Below the pieces are notes generated by a model. The model had not been told where the DNA came from. It searched no databases and worked only from the letters and a program-made list of their open reading frames with translations. Source: the human T2T-CHM13v2.0 reference genome, Homo sapiens. Taken from it: 64,000 nucleotides of DNA. The stretch lies in the NCBI RefSeq assembly GCF_009914755.1, contig NC_060934.1, one strand, 5' to 3'. Numbering within the stretch: position 1 is the first letter of the stretch; every line of letters starts with the position of its first letter. Of the stretch, positions 28,301 to 42,928 are shown one piece after another. Both the position numbers and the translations under genes were made by a program.

Positions 28301-30684
28301 GCCCACCCAGCGCAGAGCTTTATACATGCCAGGCCCTCAATAAATGGTTGTCTTTTTAAATTACTGGGATCTCAGCAGATATTTGTAGATAATGCTGGGG
28401 CTAAGTAATGCCTAAGAAGAAGAAGAATTGGAGTCTCAGAGCAGGAATTACCCAACCTGGGTTCTACTCCTGGCTTAACCACAAACCAGCCTGTGACCTT
28501 GAAGTTCTTTCCCACGTCTGGGTCTCTGGTGCTCTTTCTGGCCCTTTCCATGCTGTACAGTGGTGGATAACTTACATAAACTGAGGTCTAGCAAGACTCT
28601 CCCCCTGAGTTGTGTAAATTTGAGTGAAATTTGGGGCCCTCTTCTGGCCAAAGTGGTTTTAGCACTTTTACCTCCTGCCACAGGGACAGGCAGGAGGGCC
28701 TGGGACGAATAACCTGCCCTTCTACAGACTGTAAGCGGTCCAGCGCTCATGCTTCTGTCTCTGCTTCTTCTCATCCTCCTCCTCCTTTTTCTTCTCCCCC
28801 ACTCCCTTTCTCTCTCAAATCAGCCCTGATATATTTATTGACTTATGTTTGGGGAGTGTCTTGAGGACGGTCCCACCGGAGTGTGGAGCAGACAGCAAGG
28901 CCAACTGCCCAGGGAAGTAAATTGCTTGTCAGGCTTCTCCTCTCCTTGCTGGGGAACAGGACCAGGATATGGCCCCAGAACTGCCCTACCACCCAGCCCC
29001 ACTGTTCACGAATTTTAGCCATACTAACAGGCCCCTCCTGTTGCCAAACTACCAGATGGTGGAAGCCGCCTCCGTCTGACACCCAGCACAGTAAGTTCAT
29101 CAGCAAAATCTCAACATGCTTCTTTACACGGTCCCTTGAGAGTCTCACTCTCCTGTCTTAGCCTGGATTCCGATGAGGGTCCGTGTGCAGCAGCAGGTTT
29201 TGATAGAACCACTTGAAATTCCAGCCTTAGCAAGTGGTCACGCCCTGGAATACCAGAGGGAAATCCGGGAACTTGCACAGCCAAAGAGGCCAAGGGCATA
29301 ATTAGATTCACAGAGGAAAACAATATTATTCCATAACTCCAGGCTGCATCCCTAACCCTGACCAGACATCTGGCCCCCAAACTAGTGCATTGTGTTTTAA
29401 GACCTTCAGGAACGAGTGTGGGTGGTTTCATACAGTCTATCTCAACAATTGAACACAACTTGACGTGTATTCCTGGCTGGGAGGGGGTTGCCAGCATCAT
29501 CTGGGTATAAAAGATCAGCCTGTATAGTTCTGTTTTAGTGATAAACCACCACAGATTTTCTTTTTCAAAATCCCCTGGATTTTCCAGAATCCAGCAAACC
29601 CTGAGTTGGCCTCTGGAAGACAAAAAGAACAGAAAAGAAAAATACCAGGGGGAATTCAAAGGCAGTTTCTTTAAAAATAGCCTGAAGCCACAAATAACCA
29701 AAAATATGAATCTGGTTTTGGTTTTATCCTGTCTTTTTTTTTTCAATTCTCTATTCAGAAATGGCATAGAAATTACTGTTCTTTGTCCTGTTTGAATCCA
29801 CACGTCTCTTTCAGGTGAAAGATTCAAGACTCTCAAAGTCAAGTCCAGCTTCAGCTCAAGCCCTGCCCTATCTAAAGCAGAAGATACCCCTCTAGTTTGT
29901 TCTTTTCTTACCCAATAGGTGAGAGACAGAAAGCCTTAGCAGGCTGGCTTTTGCCTACATGGGTGAATCTGGCTGGGATTTGGATGGTCATCAACAAGGT
30001 ATTGCCCTAGGCAGATTGCTATGATCTTACCTCCTAACATATGAATAGTGTATGTCTTAGTTAAGACTCGTTGGTTTACAAATACTAAAAATTGAGCTAA
30101 GCTAGCTTGGAAACGGGGAGGGGGCTTATTTCCAATATATAGTAGCGTCTCATGGAATCCACACACATCCTGGCTTCTTGAAATAGTAGAACCACGAAGT
30201 ATCAAATCTTCAAGAACATGAGCAATAATAATTTTCTTCATCCCTTATCTCTGCTTAGCACTGTGTGCCTGATTTACTTTTTTGACTGCAGACTTTTTCT
30301 CGTTTCTTCACTCATGTAGCAGGAGCCCCCCACAACACGTAAGTGTCTACCAATCTCTCAATTCCAGACACACCTGAAGACTCGCTGGCTGCCTCTGGAG
30401 TCCAGTTCCCCCAGTTTGCTGGGGAAAAAGAATCTGATTGGCCCAGCTTGGGTCATGCATCCACCCTGTCCAGTCAATTACCATGGGCTGGAGTTCTGTG
30501 AATTTGATCATAAACCAACACATTTGTTTAGGGAATCAATTCAAAGAATGAGGGCCACATTGGGGCCCCTTCAAGTTACTATTCTTTAAATATTTATTCA
30601 GCATTAATTTAATGAAGCCTGGGAGAAATAAGTGTTCTGTTAAGCGTGTGCCTCTTCCTGTACACTTAAAGTAAGGCATTTATT

Positions 30685-31149
30685 TATTTGTTTTTGAAAA
30701 CTGAAACGGTTTTATTGGATAAAGTGGATTATGTATTGCTACCAATTAATGTTGAGACCAGTTCTTATACAACAATAGTGATCTTTGTAAATACTCAAGA
30801 AATAATAGTACTCAAGAAATAATAGTAGTCCTAAATTTGTGCTCAGATGTGAATAATAGCACACTTGTAAGTTGACTTAAAATTCTGAAATGATGCTTCA
30901 TCAGACAGGGTTTCTATATCAAAGACAAGAGTCATGAGCCTGGAAGGGAATAAATAAGGGACAATGACGCAAACATTAGCAGTATTGGTGAGTCATTACC
31001 ATCCTCCAGGCTGGCCAGTCCAAGGAGAGTTGGAATCATGGAGGAGAGATTATCTGGAGGAGCTATAGTTTTGGGGGATGCAAAGACTTAGGATGGGGTG
31101 GGTGGGTGTGGTTAGCATCTAAGAATGAGTTTCTCCTTAAATTTCAAGG
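30685..31149 (-). pseudogene. Retroposed non-repeat fragment (processed-pseudogene 3' piece or orphan 3' transduction); parent not recognised
   Basis: 17/18-bp direct repeats (30667-30684 and 31150-31167); minus-strand AATAAA (30716-30711) 15 nt before a decayed A tail (caaaaacaaataaat). Confidence 0.65.
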
Positions 31150-31654
31150 TAAAATAAGGCATTTATTACATGGACTGAAAGCAATGTTTTCTGAATCGTT
31201 TTTTACTTCATGGTTTTTCACACCTGGATAACGTTACTCACTTGCTTACCATAGATAGATGTAACTTACATGAATATAGCTTCAAAGTCTTTTAAAAGAT
31301 ATCTTAAGGGTTTTTGTTTGTTTGTTTTTACTTTCATGGAGGTGAGATGTTTCTTGCATTTTTGGAGTTGTTGCTTTTCATTTTTTATTTGTATTTTTTG
31401 CAGGGGAGAGGAATCAGTTTTCTGAATAGTTAACTTCTTGGGAGGCATATTAATAGGTTTGAACTTACTTAAAACAAATCACTCCTTCCAAGTAAGCAGC
31501 ACTAGCCCATGCATTTTTGCACATTGGCTTTGCAGCTGAGGTGATTGCTGCTGATTTAAAGGGCTATTTGGGGCAGGGGTCAGAGCTGATGGTCCAGGTC
31601 AGTCTACAAGTACAAAGCATCCTGCACATGCACACTCCAAGAATACTCCCTGGA

Positions 31655-31840
31655 GCAGGGCACAGTCACACACACCTGGACTCCCAGCTACTCCAAAGGC
31701 TGAGGCACAAGGATTGCTTGAGCCCAAGAGGTTGAAGCTGTAGTGTGCTATCATCGCACCTGTGAATAGCCACCGCACTCTAGCCTGGGCAACACAGTGA
31801 GATCTCATCTCTAAAAATTAAAATAAATTTAAAAAAGGAA
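31655..31840 (+). mobile_element. FAM/FRAM-type fossil Alu monomer
   Basis: Contains the 7SL-like cctgtgaatagccaccgcactctagcctgggcaac segment; TSD actccctgga. Confidence 0.75.
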
Positions 31841-32352
31841 ACTCCCTGGAGATGAGAGGTGCTTGTGAGGAAAGATTTTACATTTCCACTTAAGAGTGTT
31901 GTTTACTGTGGTAGGAACTGGACCATTTGTGTCAGGAGACCCTTGGAAAAATCCCTGTCTTTTGGGCCAAGACTCTTGGCCATTTGTCTATCTTGCCTAG
32001 CTCATGAGGGGTGGCCACTGCTCAGAAGCTTAGAATCGAAATAGAAAAATCTTGTCGATGGAGAGCCAAGAAACCATGTAGACAATGTCTGATTATTAAT
32101 TAATGACTTTACTAAAACATTAAGAATGCAAACTCTATAAGCACATAGATGTTGGCCTGGTTTGCTCATCATGGCACACCCCCAAGTGCTGAGAACAATG
32201 TCTGACACATAGCCAGTTTTCACTCAATGTTTGTTAAATGAATAAATGACTGAAATAGGACATAAAGATAATTATTGAAAAACCTTTCAAATGAAATCTG
32301 ACTCTTAGAGTTCTGAATCTTTTGCTCATTGCCGTACAAAAAGCGCCAATAA

Positions 32353-32673
32353 GCCGGCTGCAGTGGCTCACGTCTGTAATGCCACCCTTTGGGAGGCTGA
32401 GTCGCGCAGATCACTTGAGCTCAGGAGTTCGAGACTAGCCTGACCAACATGGTGAAACCCCATCTCTACTAAAAATACAAAAACTAGCTGGGCATGGTGG
32501 TGGGTGCCTGTAATCCCAGTCACCTGGGAGGCTGTGGCAGGAGAATTGCTTGAACCCAGGAGGCAGAGGTTGCACTGAGCCAAGATCGCATCACTTCACT
32601 CTAGTGTGGGCGACAGAGCGAAACTCCATCTCAAAAAAAAAAAAAGAAAAAAGAAAAAGAAAAAGAAAAAAAA
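32353..32673 (+). mobile_element. AluS
   Basis: Full dimer, (A)n(GAAAAA)n tail, TSD aaaag(c/t)gccaat. Confidence 0.9.
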
Positions 32674-33029
32674 GTGCCAATTAATTACTTCTAGATTCTG
32701 TAAGGAGAAGAGAGTGTCTCCTGATCTCCTCCCAAATTTCTGCAGCACTGATGTATATTTCACCAGTTACACAGATAGAGGTACATGTGTGGAAACTCGA
32801 GCCACCTGCTATCATACTTCCAGTTTATTTATCACAGTGATGTTTTTGCAGGCCTTGTGGATTGATACCACAGGGAACTGACCTGGCTTTGTCCAGTTCT
32901 GATGAGTAGTGCTCCAGAAGAAATACAGGGAGCCTCAGGAACACAGAGCAGAGGCCCATCCTAGGCCGAGGGCAGGAAAGACTCCCAGTAGACACTGACC
33001 AGCAGCATGGAGGACCCTCTCCTCTTGTT

Positions 33030-33240
33030 GGATGTTAAGGGTGGGATGAAAGTCCCAACCCTCTAATCCTGCCTTGGTCTTTCCAGTGACCAGCCCCCAT
33101 CCTGAAGCTACCCAGAGTTACTAGCCACCAGTCAACTCATTTGCATACAAAAGGACACATCACTTTGAAGATACCAAATATTTTAGGAGTTTTATGTCAA
33201 GAACAGAGGACTAAGGCCAAATATATTTCACAATATCACA
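33030..33240 (+). mobile_element. MER21-like LTR fragment
   Basis: aaagtcccaaccctctaatcctgccttggtctttc...ccaaatatatttcacaatatcaca resembles the MER21 terminus. Confidence 0.6.
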
Positions 33241-33902
33241 AATGTTATATTCACACAACAGAACACTATATACCCATGACAAAGACAAAACTACTGCTTC
33301 ATGCAACACACTGGATGAGGCTCACAGACACAATATTGTACCAAAAATAAAAGACACACTCAAAGGGTACATATGTGTGATTCCACTTATATAAAGTTCA
33401 AGACAGACAAAATTAATTGATGGTGCTGGAGGTCAGGACAGTGGTTGCCTCTGAGAGGTATGAGCTAGGAGGGGCACAGAGACTACGGGGTGCTGGAAAT
33501 GGTCTCCACCTTGATCTGGGTGGAGGTTTTGAGTCGGGCACTGGAGTTGTGTATTCAATGTACAGATGTGATACCTCAATAAAAAAGAAAAGAATGAATG
33601 AAATAAAACTAAACAAATCAGCAATCACCTCTTAGATTCTGGTGAGTAAAAACAATGCAAGTTGCAGAAAGACATGGACAGTATACCATTTATGTAAATG
33701 TTAAACATAAAGAACAATACTATACATAATATACATATTTTAGGGATACATACATCTGTGGTAAAAGTATTAAGATGAACACGAAAAGCTGGCATGGTGG
33801 TGAGCACCTGTAATTCCAGCTACTCAGCATTGCTTGAGTTCTGGAATTCGAGACCAGCCTGGGCAATATAGTGAGATCCTGTTTCAAAAAATGAAATAAA
33901 AT

Positions 33903-34063
33903 AGGCCAGGCACGGTGGCTCATGCCTGTAATCCTAGCACTTTGGGAGGCCAAGGCGGGTAGATTATGAGGTCAGGAGTTCGAGACCATCCTGGCCAACA
34001 TGGTGAAATCCCGTCTCTACGAAAAATACAAAAATTAGCTGGGCATGGTGGCACGCACCTGTA
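33903..34063 (+). mobile_element. 3'-truncated AluS (left arm plus start of right arm)
   Basis: Homology ends abruptly at gcacctgtaa; no A tail. Confidence 0.85.
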
Positions 34064-35132
34064 ACACATACTGGACTAATCAGACACCCTCCTTGGGACT
34101 TTTCTAACCGGTGCTGTGGGAAGAGAACCTCTTTCCTCTCAGAGCTGTGAAGCTATCAGCCCAGAGCTGACCCCAGCCATCTCTCTGACAACACAGAGGA
34201 TAATGTTCACAGTGAGAGAGGATACAGCCAAATCTCAGAGGCAGGAAGAGAGAGAAACAAGAGCATCTTCCCAGCATTTGGATTCCTAGGGCCAATTGAC
34301 CCTAAACCAGTGCCACTCTGTCCCTCCCCACTGTTTCATTAGGTATTCTCTCTTATACCTTACCACCTTGGCATAAGCTGGAGTAAGATCTTTATCATTT
34401 ATAACCAAAGACTACTACAGGTGTTTAACTCCAGGGCAGAAGGTTGGAATGGGAGTGAGGATGTGAAGCAGGAGATTCACTTTTCAGATAGTATGTTTTT
34501 CAGTTCTAGGATTTCCATATAGTTTTTTACAGTTTCCTGATCTCTTCTAAATTTCCCATCTCTTTACCCAGTATATGCATCTTTTCCAAAGACTCTTTAA
34601 CACATTTATCAAAGGTATTTTAAAGCCCTTCTCTGCCAGTCTGACATCAGAGTTGTCTGTGAGTCTGTTTCTATTGACTAGTATATCTCTTGATTATGGG
34701 TCACATTTCTCTCTTTCTTCACATATCTAATAATTTTTATATAGTGAACATTGTAAATGGTATATTGTAGAGACTGGATTCTGTTATCTTCCTCTGGGAT
34801 TCTAATATACACTAAAGTTCAAGAATGGCTGCCCTTAGGGGAAAGTCATACAAGTGTGGACCTCACCCGGAGTGTCTTCCTTCTTTCAAGGAACAAGTCC
34901 CCTTCCTTTAGTCTGGTCGTCATCCAGTGGCATCAAACAGGTTTTTATTTTCACCTTGTCCAGAGTTTGTAATTATGATCTGTAGGAGGGGTTAGCCTTC
35001 TACAAATCACTCTACTCTGTTAGACCAAAATTTGGATATTCACATTTTAGTTCAAATACTATATTAAATATGGTTTGATGTTGTTTGCATTCTTTGTCAT
35101 TTAAAAATAAATTTAAAATGTTTTTAGTTGTA

Positions 35133-35282
35133 CTGGGCATGGTGGCACACATCTGTAGTCCCTGGCTATTTGGGAGGTTGGGGTAGGAGGATTGCTTGAG
35201 CCCCAGAGTTCAAGGCTATAGTGTGCTATGTTAGTGCTTGTGAATAGCCGCTGCATTCCAGCCTGGGCAACACAGCAAGACA
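35133..35282 (+). mobile_element. FAM/FRAM-type fossil Alu monomer
   Basis: gcttgtgaatagccgctgcattccagcctgggcaac segment. Confidence 0.7.
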
Positions 35283-35962
35283 CATATATTTAATTGCTAT
35301 TTGAATAAAATGTTTGTGAAATCCTGGAAGCACCTTACAGGTTTATGAGACACAGCTTGAAAATCTCTAGTATAAACCATATGATTGACCATTATGGGTA
35401 TGGATTAGGTTCAACCAGGCATAGGATTATCTCTATGGCAACTGTCGCCATAGCATCAAGCCTACGAGAGAGGTGGAAAATGGGCTTGTGAAGAGTGAAG
35501 AGGAATGCAGGGTAATATCTTCCTGGTCCCCATTCCAGGAAATCCAAGAGACTTGCTTTGCACCTTAAAAGAGGAAATCTACAGATGGTGATTAGGTAAA
35601 AATGAGCTTTTTGCTAAAAGCAGCCACATTTCCAGCATTCCAACCTATTTTCAGAAGGAGGCTCCTCTTAGCTCCTATGGGCTGATTCATATCCACTTGG
35701 TTCATCAATCCTTACCTGTTAACCTGCTCACATGCCCCAAAGTGCAGAGGGTCCCTGCTCCTCAACGAGAAGCAGGGACTCCCACTCAGGAGGGAATTGG
35801 CCTCAAGTTTCCCAGTATTTCCAGCCTCTAAGACCTATGGACTGGAGAGAAAGTTCATCTAACTAAATCATTGCAGCCTCTCCTTTTTCTCCTCCCCATT
35901 CCTAGTCGGACCCACTAGTGTTTTATTTACCAGGGAGCAGACCTGGACCAAGCTTCTCCAAC

Positions 35963-36264
35963 TTTTTGTTTGTTTGTTTTTTGAGACAGGGTCTTCCTCT
36001 TTCACCTAGGCTGGAGTGCCGTGGTACGATCTCGGCGCACTGTAGCCTCGGCTTCCTGGGCTCAAGTGATTATCCTGCCTCAGTCTCCTGAGTAGCTGGG
36101 ACCACAGGCATGCACCACTACACACAGCTAATTTTCTTTTTTCTTTTAGAAATGGGGTCTCACTATGTTGCCCAGGCTGGTCTTGAACTTCTGGGATCAA
36201 GCAATCCTTCTGTCTTGGGCTCCCAAAGTACTGGGATTCCAGGCATAAGCCACAGTGCCTGGCC
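35963..36264 (-). mobile_element. AluJ inserted in a MER5 DNA transposon (~35948-37430)
   Basis: Antisense dimer; TSD cttctccaacttt; MER5 halves on both sides (…ttaatgtgcacacaagtc… and …gcatttctaacaagctcc…ggaccacactttgagtagc). Confidence 0.85.
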
Positions 36265-36334
36265 CTTCTCCAACTTTAATGTGCACACAAGTCCCTTGGG
36301 GGTCTTGTTAAAATATAAATCCTGATTTAGTAGG

Positions 36335-37344
<1,010 letters not shown>

Positions 37345-38155
37345 TGTGGGTGGGAAGGCACTGAGCTTTCTGCATTTCTAACAAGCTCCTGGATGCTGCT
37401 GATTCGAGGACCACACTTTGAGTAGCATGGACCTAGAGAATCTGATTCCTTTTTATTTTATGACATTGTCAGCAGCTTCCTAAGTCATTAGCAGGTGGGG
37501 AGGAGGACACTTTTTCTCAAACTCTGCCTTCCTAAAGATAGCTAAGGTAATTGTTCTCTACATTTTTTGTGGCACTTTTGAAATTTTACAAATAGAGTGG
37601 CACCTTTCAGTTTCTGTAAGTGAATGCAGTGGGCTGGATATACCCACACGGCATGGCAGGCATAGTATGCAAATTGAGGCACTCATGCTGTGTCTACAGT
37701 GGGCAGTTGCCACTCTGTCCCCATGCTAGAATGTGGGCTTAATGTGGTCATATTTTCCAAAACTTCAAGAGCCAGAAATTTGAATTTTTATATTAAATCT
37801 CTAGATTTTAAAACTTTCAAATGTTGGCACCTCCATCTGCTTATTTTTGAAATAATGTGAAGCAAAGGAGCTCTCTGAGGTGGTGCTGGACATGTTCAAT
37901 ATTTGGACCTCTACCTTGTTTTAGGTGTATACACATGTAAAAATTCATCATCCAGGTATAGCATAAGCAAACATTCATCAAACTGTATCATTAAAATTTG
38001 TACGACTTACCACTTGTAAGTTATGCCACAATAAAAAAGAAAAAAAATCTGCATGGGAATGATACACATGACAGTTATTACCTCTGGGGGCAGAGGCAGG
38101 AAAGGAACAGGGTTGGCCTTATGTGTATTTCTAACATATTTCTTCAAAGAGATAG

Positions 38156-38485
<330 letters not shown>

Positions 38486-39269
38486 AGGAGAAAATATTAA
38501 CAGCTGTTTCATCTCAGTGATACTAGGTATCTGCTTTATTGTTTTCTGTGTGTTTGAAATATTTCATAATTAAAATCAACTATTTTTTAACATTAAAAAA
38601 ATAAAGCCTGGAAAGACCAACACTGCATGAACCAAATAAAACTCCTCAGAGGCTACTGCACCATTCTCTTGGTCTCCCTGTGGGACTGCACAGTTGTTTA
38701 TGTACGAATGCTTACTGCCCTGACCCAGGGCTCCTGTATCTTCAGTAAATACCTGCTCCCTCTTTGTCACGGGTGTGATGTGATGTCACCCCACCCACTC
38801 AGCCCAGCACCCTCATATGCCATTCATCACCAGAAGTGTGTCCTCGGTGCAGCCTCAACTGTGGGAAAAATAACGTTTATATATCAACCCAAATTTGAAG
38901 ACACTCTGTATTGGGTTCATAGTTTAAAGCTACCAGAGAACAGACTTCTCTGATCCTGAAAGCAATTAAAGCCTAGTGGTTGAACTCACTGGGTAGAAGC
39001 CTGGGTTTTCCAGTTTACTAAATATATGCCCCTGGGAAAGTTAGTTTCTCAGCTTCTATTTCTTCACCTGTAAATTGGGAATGACGACAGTATCTACCTA
39101 GTTGGGCTTACGGGTAGATTTAAATTTGCTGAGTTATTGGTGCATAACTGTTCATTAGTTATTATTAAGTAATTAATACTGGGTTGATTTTACTTTAACT
39201 ATCTTTCTTACATCATAGATTGTCTGAGGCCACACCAGTATGAAATCAACAGCTGGCCACCAAGTCTCA

Positions 39270-39580
<311 letters not shown>

Positions 39581-42164
39581 GGAAGATATTTTCAACTCTG
39601 ATTCAAGTGGCAAATGTAATTAAACATTGTCAAGTGCGGGGCAGTACAAACTTCTTTCTGCCTTCAAGGAATGGATCTGTTTCTGTCCTTCATGAAAAAC
39701 CCTAAACGGCCAAAGCAACCTTAAGAGAAAACAGAATTGCAGAATCTCCAGGTTGGTTCTTTTCCTCTGGCCTCAAACCTCAGGGGTAGAGCGTTGGCCT
39801 CTCCCCTTGGACAGCATGCTGCCAGGACAGCCTCCCTGCTGACATGCCTGCCTGGGCTGCTTTCTGGGGCTTCTTGCTCAAGGTAATCCTCCAGGAACAG
39901 CACCCTGCTGGCAGCTTTGCAACCCCAAAAGGGCTTTCGCAATGACTAATAAAGCCATAAAGGATGAACACAGATCCAAAAAAATTCATCCCCTGAAGGA
40001 ATATGATTTCGACTACTTTTCACTTGGTGCTTCCTTGTCTTTTAAGCCACATGCATTCAATTTCTGTCTGAAATTCCAGTTCTCTCACGTTGCAGTCTCC
40101 GGAGGCCATTTTCTCTGGTAAACCCGTGAAACGCTCTCGGAGCCTGGAAAGGGGTAGAGGAGCCAATTACTCATGAAAGCCCATTTTCTCTGTGGGTTTT
40201 CCCTCACATTTCAGGAGATGTATTCCTTTAGCATTTCTGCTATCACCAGTTCAGACCCCCAGAAATCTCCTGAGCCCCCTTTTCCCCTCCCATTAATTTA
40301 AAAATCCTGTAGCCGTTACTGTGGTCTGCCTTGCAGAACCTGGCAGTTCACCTGGCCTTTTCCACTCTCCCCCAAATTGGTTACCTACCTGTTGGTTCTC
40401 TTACACTAATGTCCCTTGCCACTGTCCGGTTCAGGCCCTCCCCACCCCTCCCTGGATGACGGCAGCAGACGTGTCTCTCTGGTCTACCCGCCCCTGACTT
40501 CGCCCTCAAGCTGTGCTCCTCCACTCTGCTGCTAAGGTACTTTCTAAAATACAAACCTGATGCCCCCTCTCAGCTGAAAATCCTTTAATACTGACCTCCC
40601 CCAACCCGTTTCCAGACGAAATGTTCCCCAGTCCTGCTAGAGCTTCTGCATTGTCAAGAATAGCCAAATACCTGGATTTTTATGTGAATTCCCCAATCCT
40701 TTTTTATTTGTAAAGTTATTACATTTTACATTTAAAAAAATTATAAAACATTGCAACAAGTCTCTCACCCATTCCTGCTCCCCGATTCCCTATTTGAAGA
40801 GGCCATCACTGTGGCCGGGTTCTTCTGCAGTGCTGCCTTACACGCACACACACACACACCCTACAAACATACACATACACAAGCACACACTGCCTTTTTT
40901 TCCATATAGATGGTAGCCAATTTTTAAATGTTGGTATAAAGTTTTAAAACCCTGAGGGTCAAATAAAAACACTTTTGTTCCTCTGAGGGTCAAAGAAAAC
41001 ACAGGCATGTGCCTTATGATCCACTGGGTTGTAGATCACACAGGCATGTGTCTTTTGATCCACTTGACTGACAGTTCCCTGAAGACAGGAAACTTTGTCC
41101 TGGAATCCTCTTCGGTACCTGGGACGATACCTTGCACACAGCTGGCACTCAATAAGCACACTGCCTGTTCATGGAAACTTTTCTTAAGCACCAGCACTGT
41201 GTCTAATGCTGAGTCTACCACAGACTACGGGGTGAACTGTGGTGTGCCCACCCAAGAGGGAACACTCAGGAGAGTTAGTTGTCTGGTTAAGTCTCAACTC
41301 CTGTGGAAACAACCAGAATCTGCCTGCTTCCCATATTTCCTGGTTACCTGGGTCAACAACAAATGGACAGAAATAGCAGATTACAGTCCCCGTTCTCAGT
41401 TCTCAGGCCCCCTAATGGGGCATCTGCTCGTGCTGACGGCCTAAGCTGTGGCAGAGTGCTGAGACCAGTACCTCCTCGCCAGCTGTCATTCCCAGGAGCG
41501 GAGCTTCTGGGTCTCGCCCTCCACCAGGACAAGTCAAGCCAGGACAGGACCAAAACCACAGGCACAGGCAGAGCTTGCTGACTCTTCCTGAGGCACTGGG
41601 CTGGGCAGGGCAGGGCTGGGCCAGCTGCTGCGATGAGTAAGGCATTCAAGCTTCTTCATGTTGGGAGAAGACTCATTGCTCAGGTGGTTTTGGAATCTCC
41701 TAGAATAGATTCTATTTGCTCACTCTCCTGAGTCCCCTGCTTGCTCCCACACAGCCTGGCAGGAACAGGGCCTGTGTTCACAGGTCGCTCTTCCCCTCTG
41801 GCAACAGGTGTCATGGTTGTGGGACAAGGTGGCATTTTCATTCATGATGAGGTGGACCCCACTGAGGAATTGCAACAAGATCTTACATATCTCTCCTCCA
41901 TCCTCGGAGGCAGTGATGTCCAATCCTGTGTCAGCAGTGATGCAGGACAGGTGGTTCCTGTCACAGCACACTCCCGAGGGAGGGCCATAGGCAATGTCCC
42001 TGTAACTGTACGGTGACGTCCTCCCCTTCTCCCTCACTCGAGAGCATTCTGGCAGGGAAGGGCATGGGGAGCACGACCTTAACGTTCACCTTGAATGTTA
42101 TTCTAATTGTGGTGCAGTATGAATCTTACTACCAAAACGCAGGTGGGTGAGACTTGTCATAGTC

Positions 42165-42470
42165 CTTTTTTTCTTTCTCTTTATTTTTTTGAGACAGAGT
42201 CTTGCTCTGTCACCAGGCTGGAGTGCAGCAGCGCGATCGCAGCTCACTGCAACCTCCGCCTCCTTGGGTTCAAGCGATTCTCCTGCCTCAGCCTCCCAAG
42301 TAGCTGGGACTACAGGCGGGTGCCACCATGCCCAGCTAATTTTTGTATTTTTAGTAGAGATGGGGTTTCACCGTGTTGGCCAGGATGGACTCGATCTCTT
42401 GACTTCGTGATCCGCCCGCCTTGGCCTTCCAAAGTGCTGGGATTACAGGCATGAGCCACCATGCCTGGTC
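42165..42470 (-). mobile_element. AluSc-like element
   Basis: Antisense dimer with ctgtcaccaggctgg and gacttcgtgatcc. Confidence 0.88.
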
Positions 42471-42928
42471 CCTTTTTTTCTTTATTTCAAGTTACCTCAG
42501 CCTTGATGCCCTCAACCTCGAGCCTGGCATGAAAATTAGATGTGTGGTAACAGGATGGGGCAGGCTTCCCTTCCCTGGAAATATGTGAAAATCCAGGAGG
42601 TTACAGGGTACCTGAAAAACAGGGACAGGTCCACTCTTCTTCTGAGACCAAGACCGCTGTGGAAATCCCCGGGGCTCCAGCCTGCATGCACCTTCAGGGA
42701 AGGGCTTGTGGCCGCTTCCTTTCCAAGCTGACACACAGGAATCTTGCTGAAGCTGAGAATCCTAGGCTAAGGCTCTGACCTTCTGAGAGACACCACAAAA
42801 CCTCTCCACAGAAGTCCTGCCATGAGACTGTCACAGGGAGCACATTCCCATCCGCGATGCCTGGGGGCCACCAATCTCCAATCCTTCCCCAGGCTTCGGG
42901 CTTCCAGAAAACATAAAGCAGATTGTCA

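Noticed and set aside
41720-42037. Cys-rich minus-strand ORF ending at a GTGAGC donor as a hidden exon
   Set aside because: The upstream CAG lacks a pyrimidine tract and the peptide has no recognisable homology.
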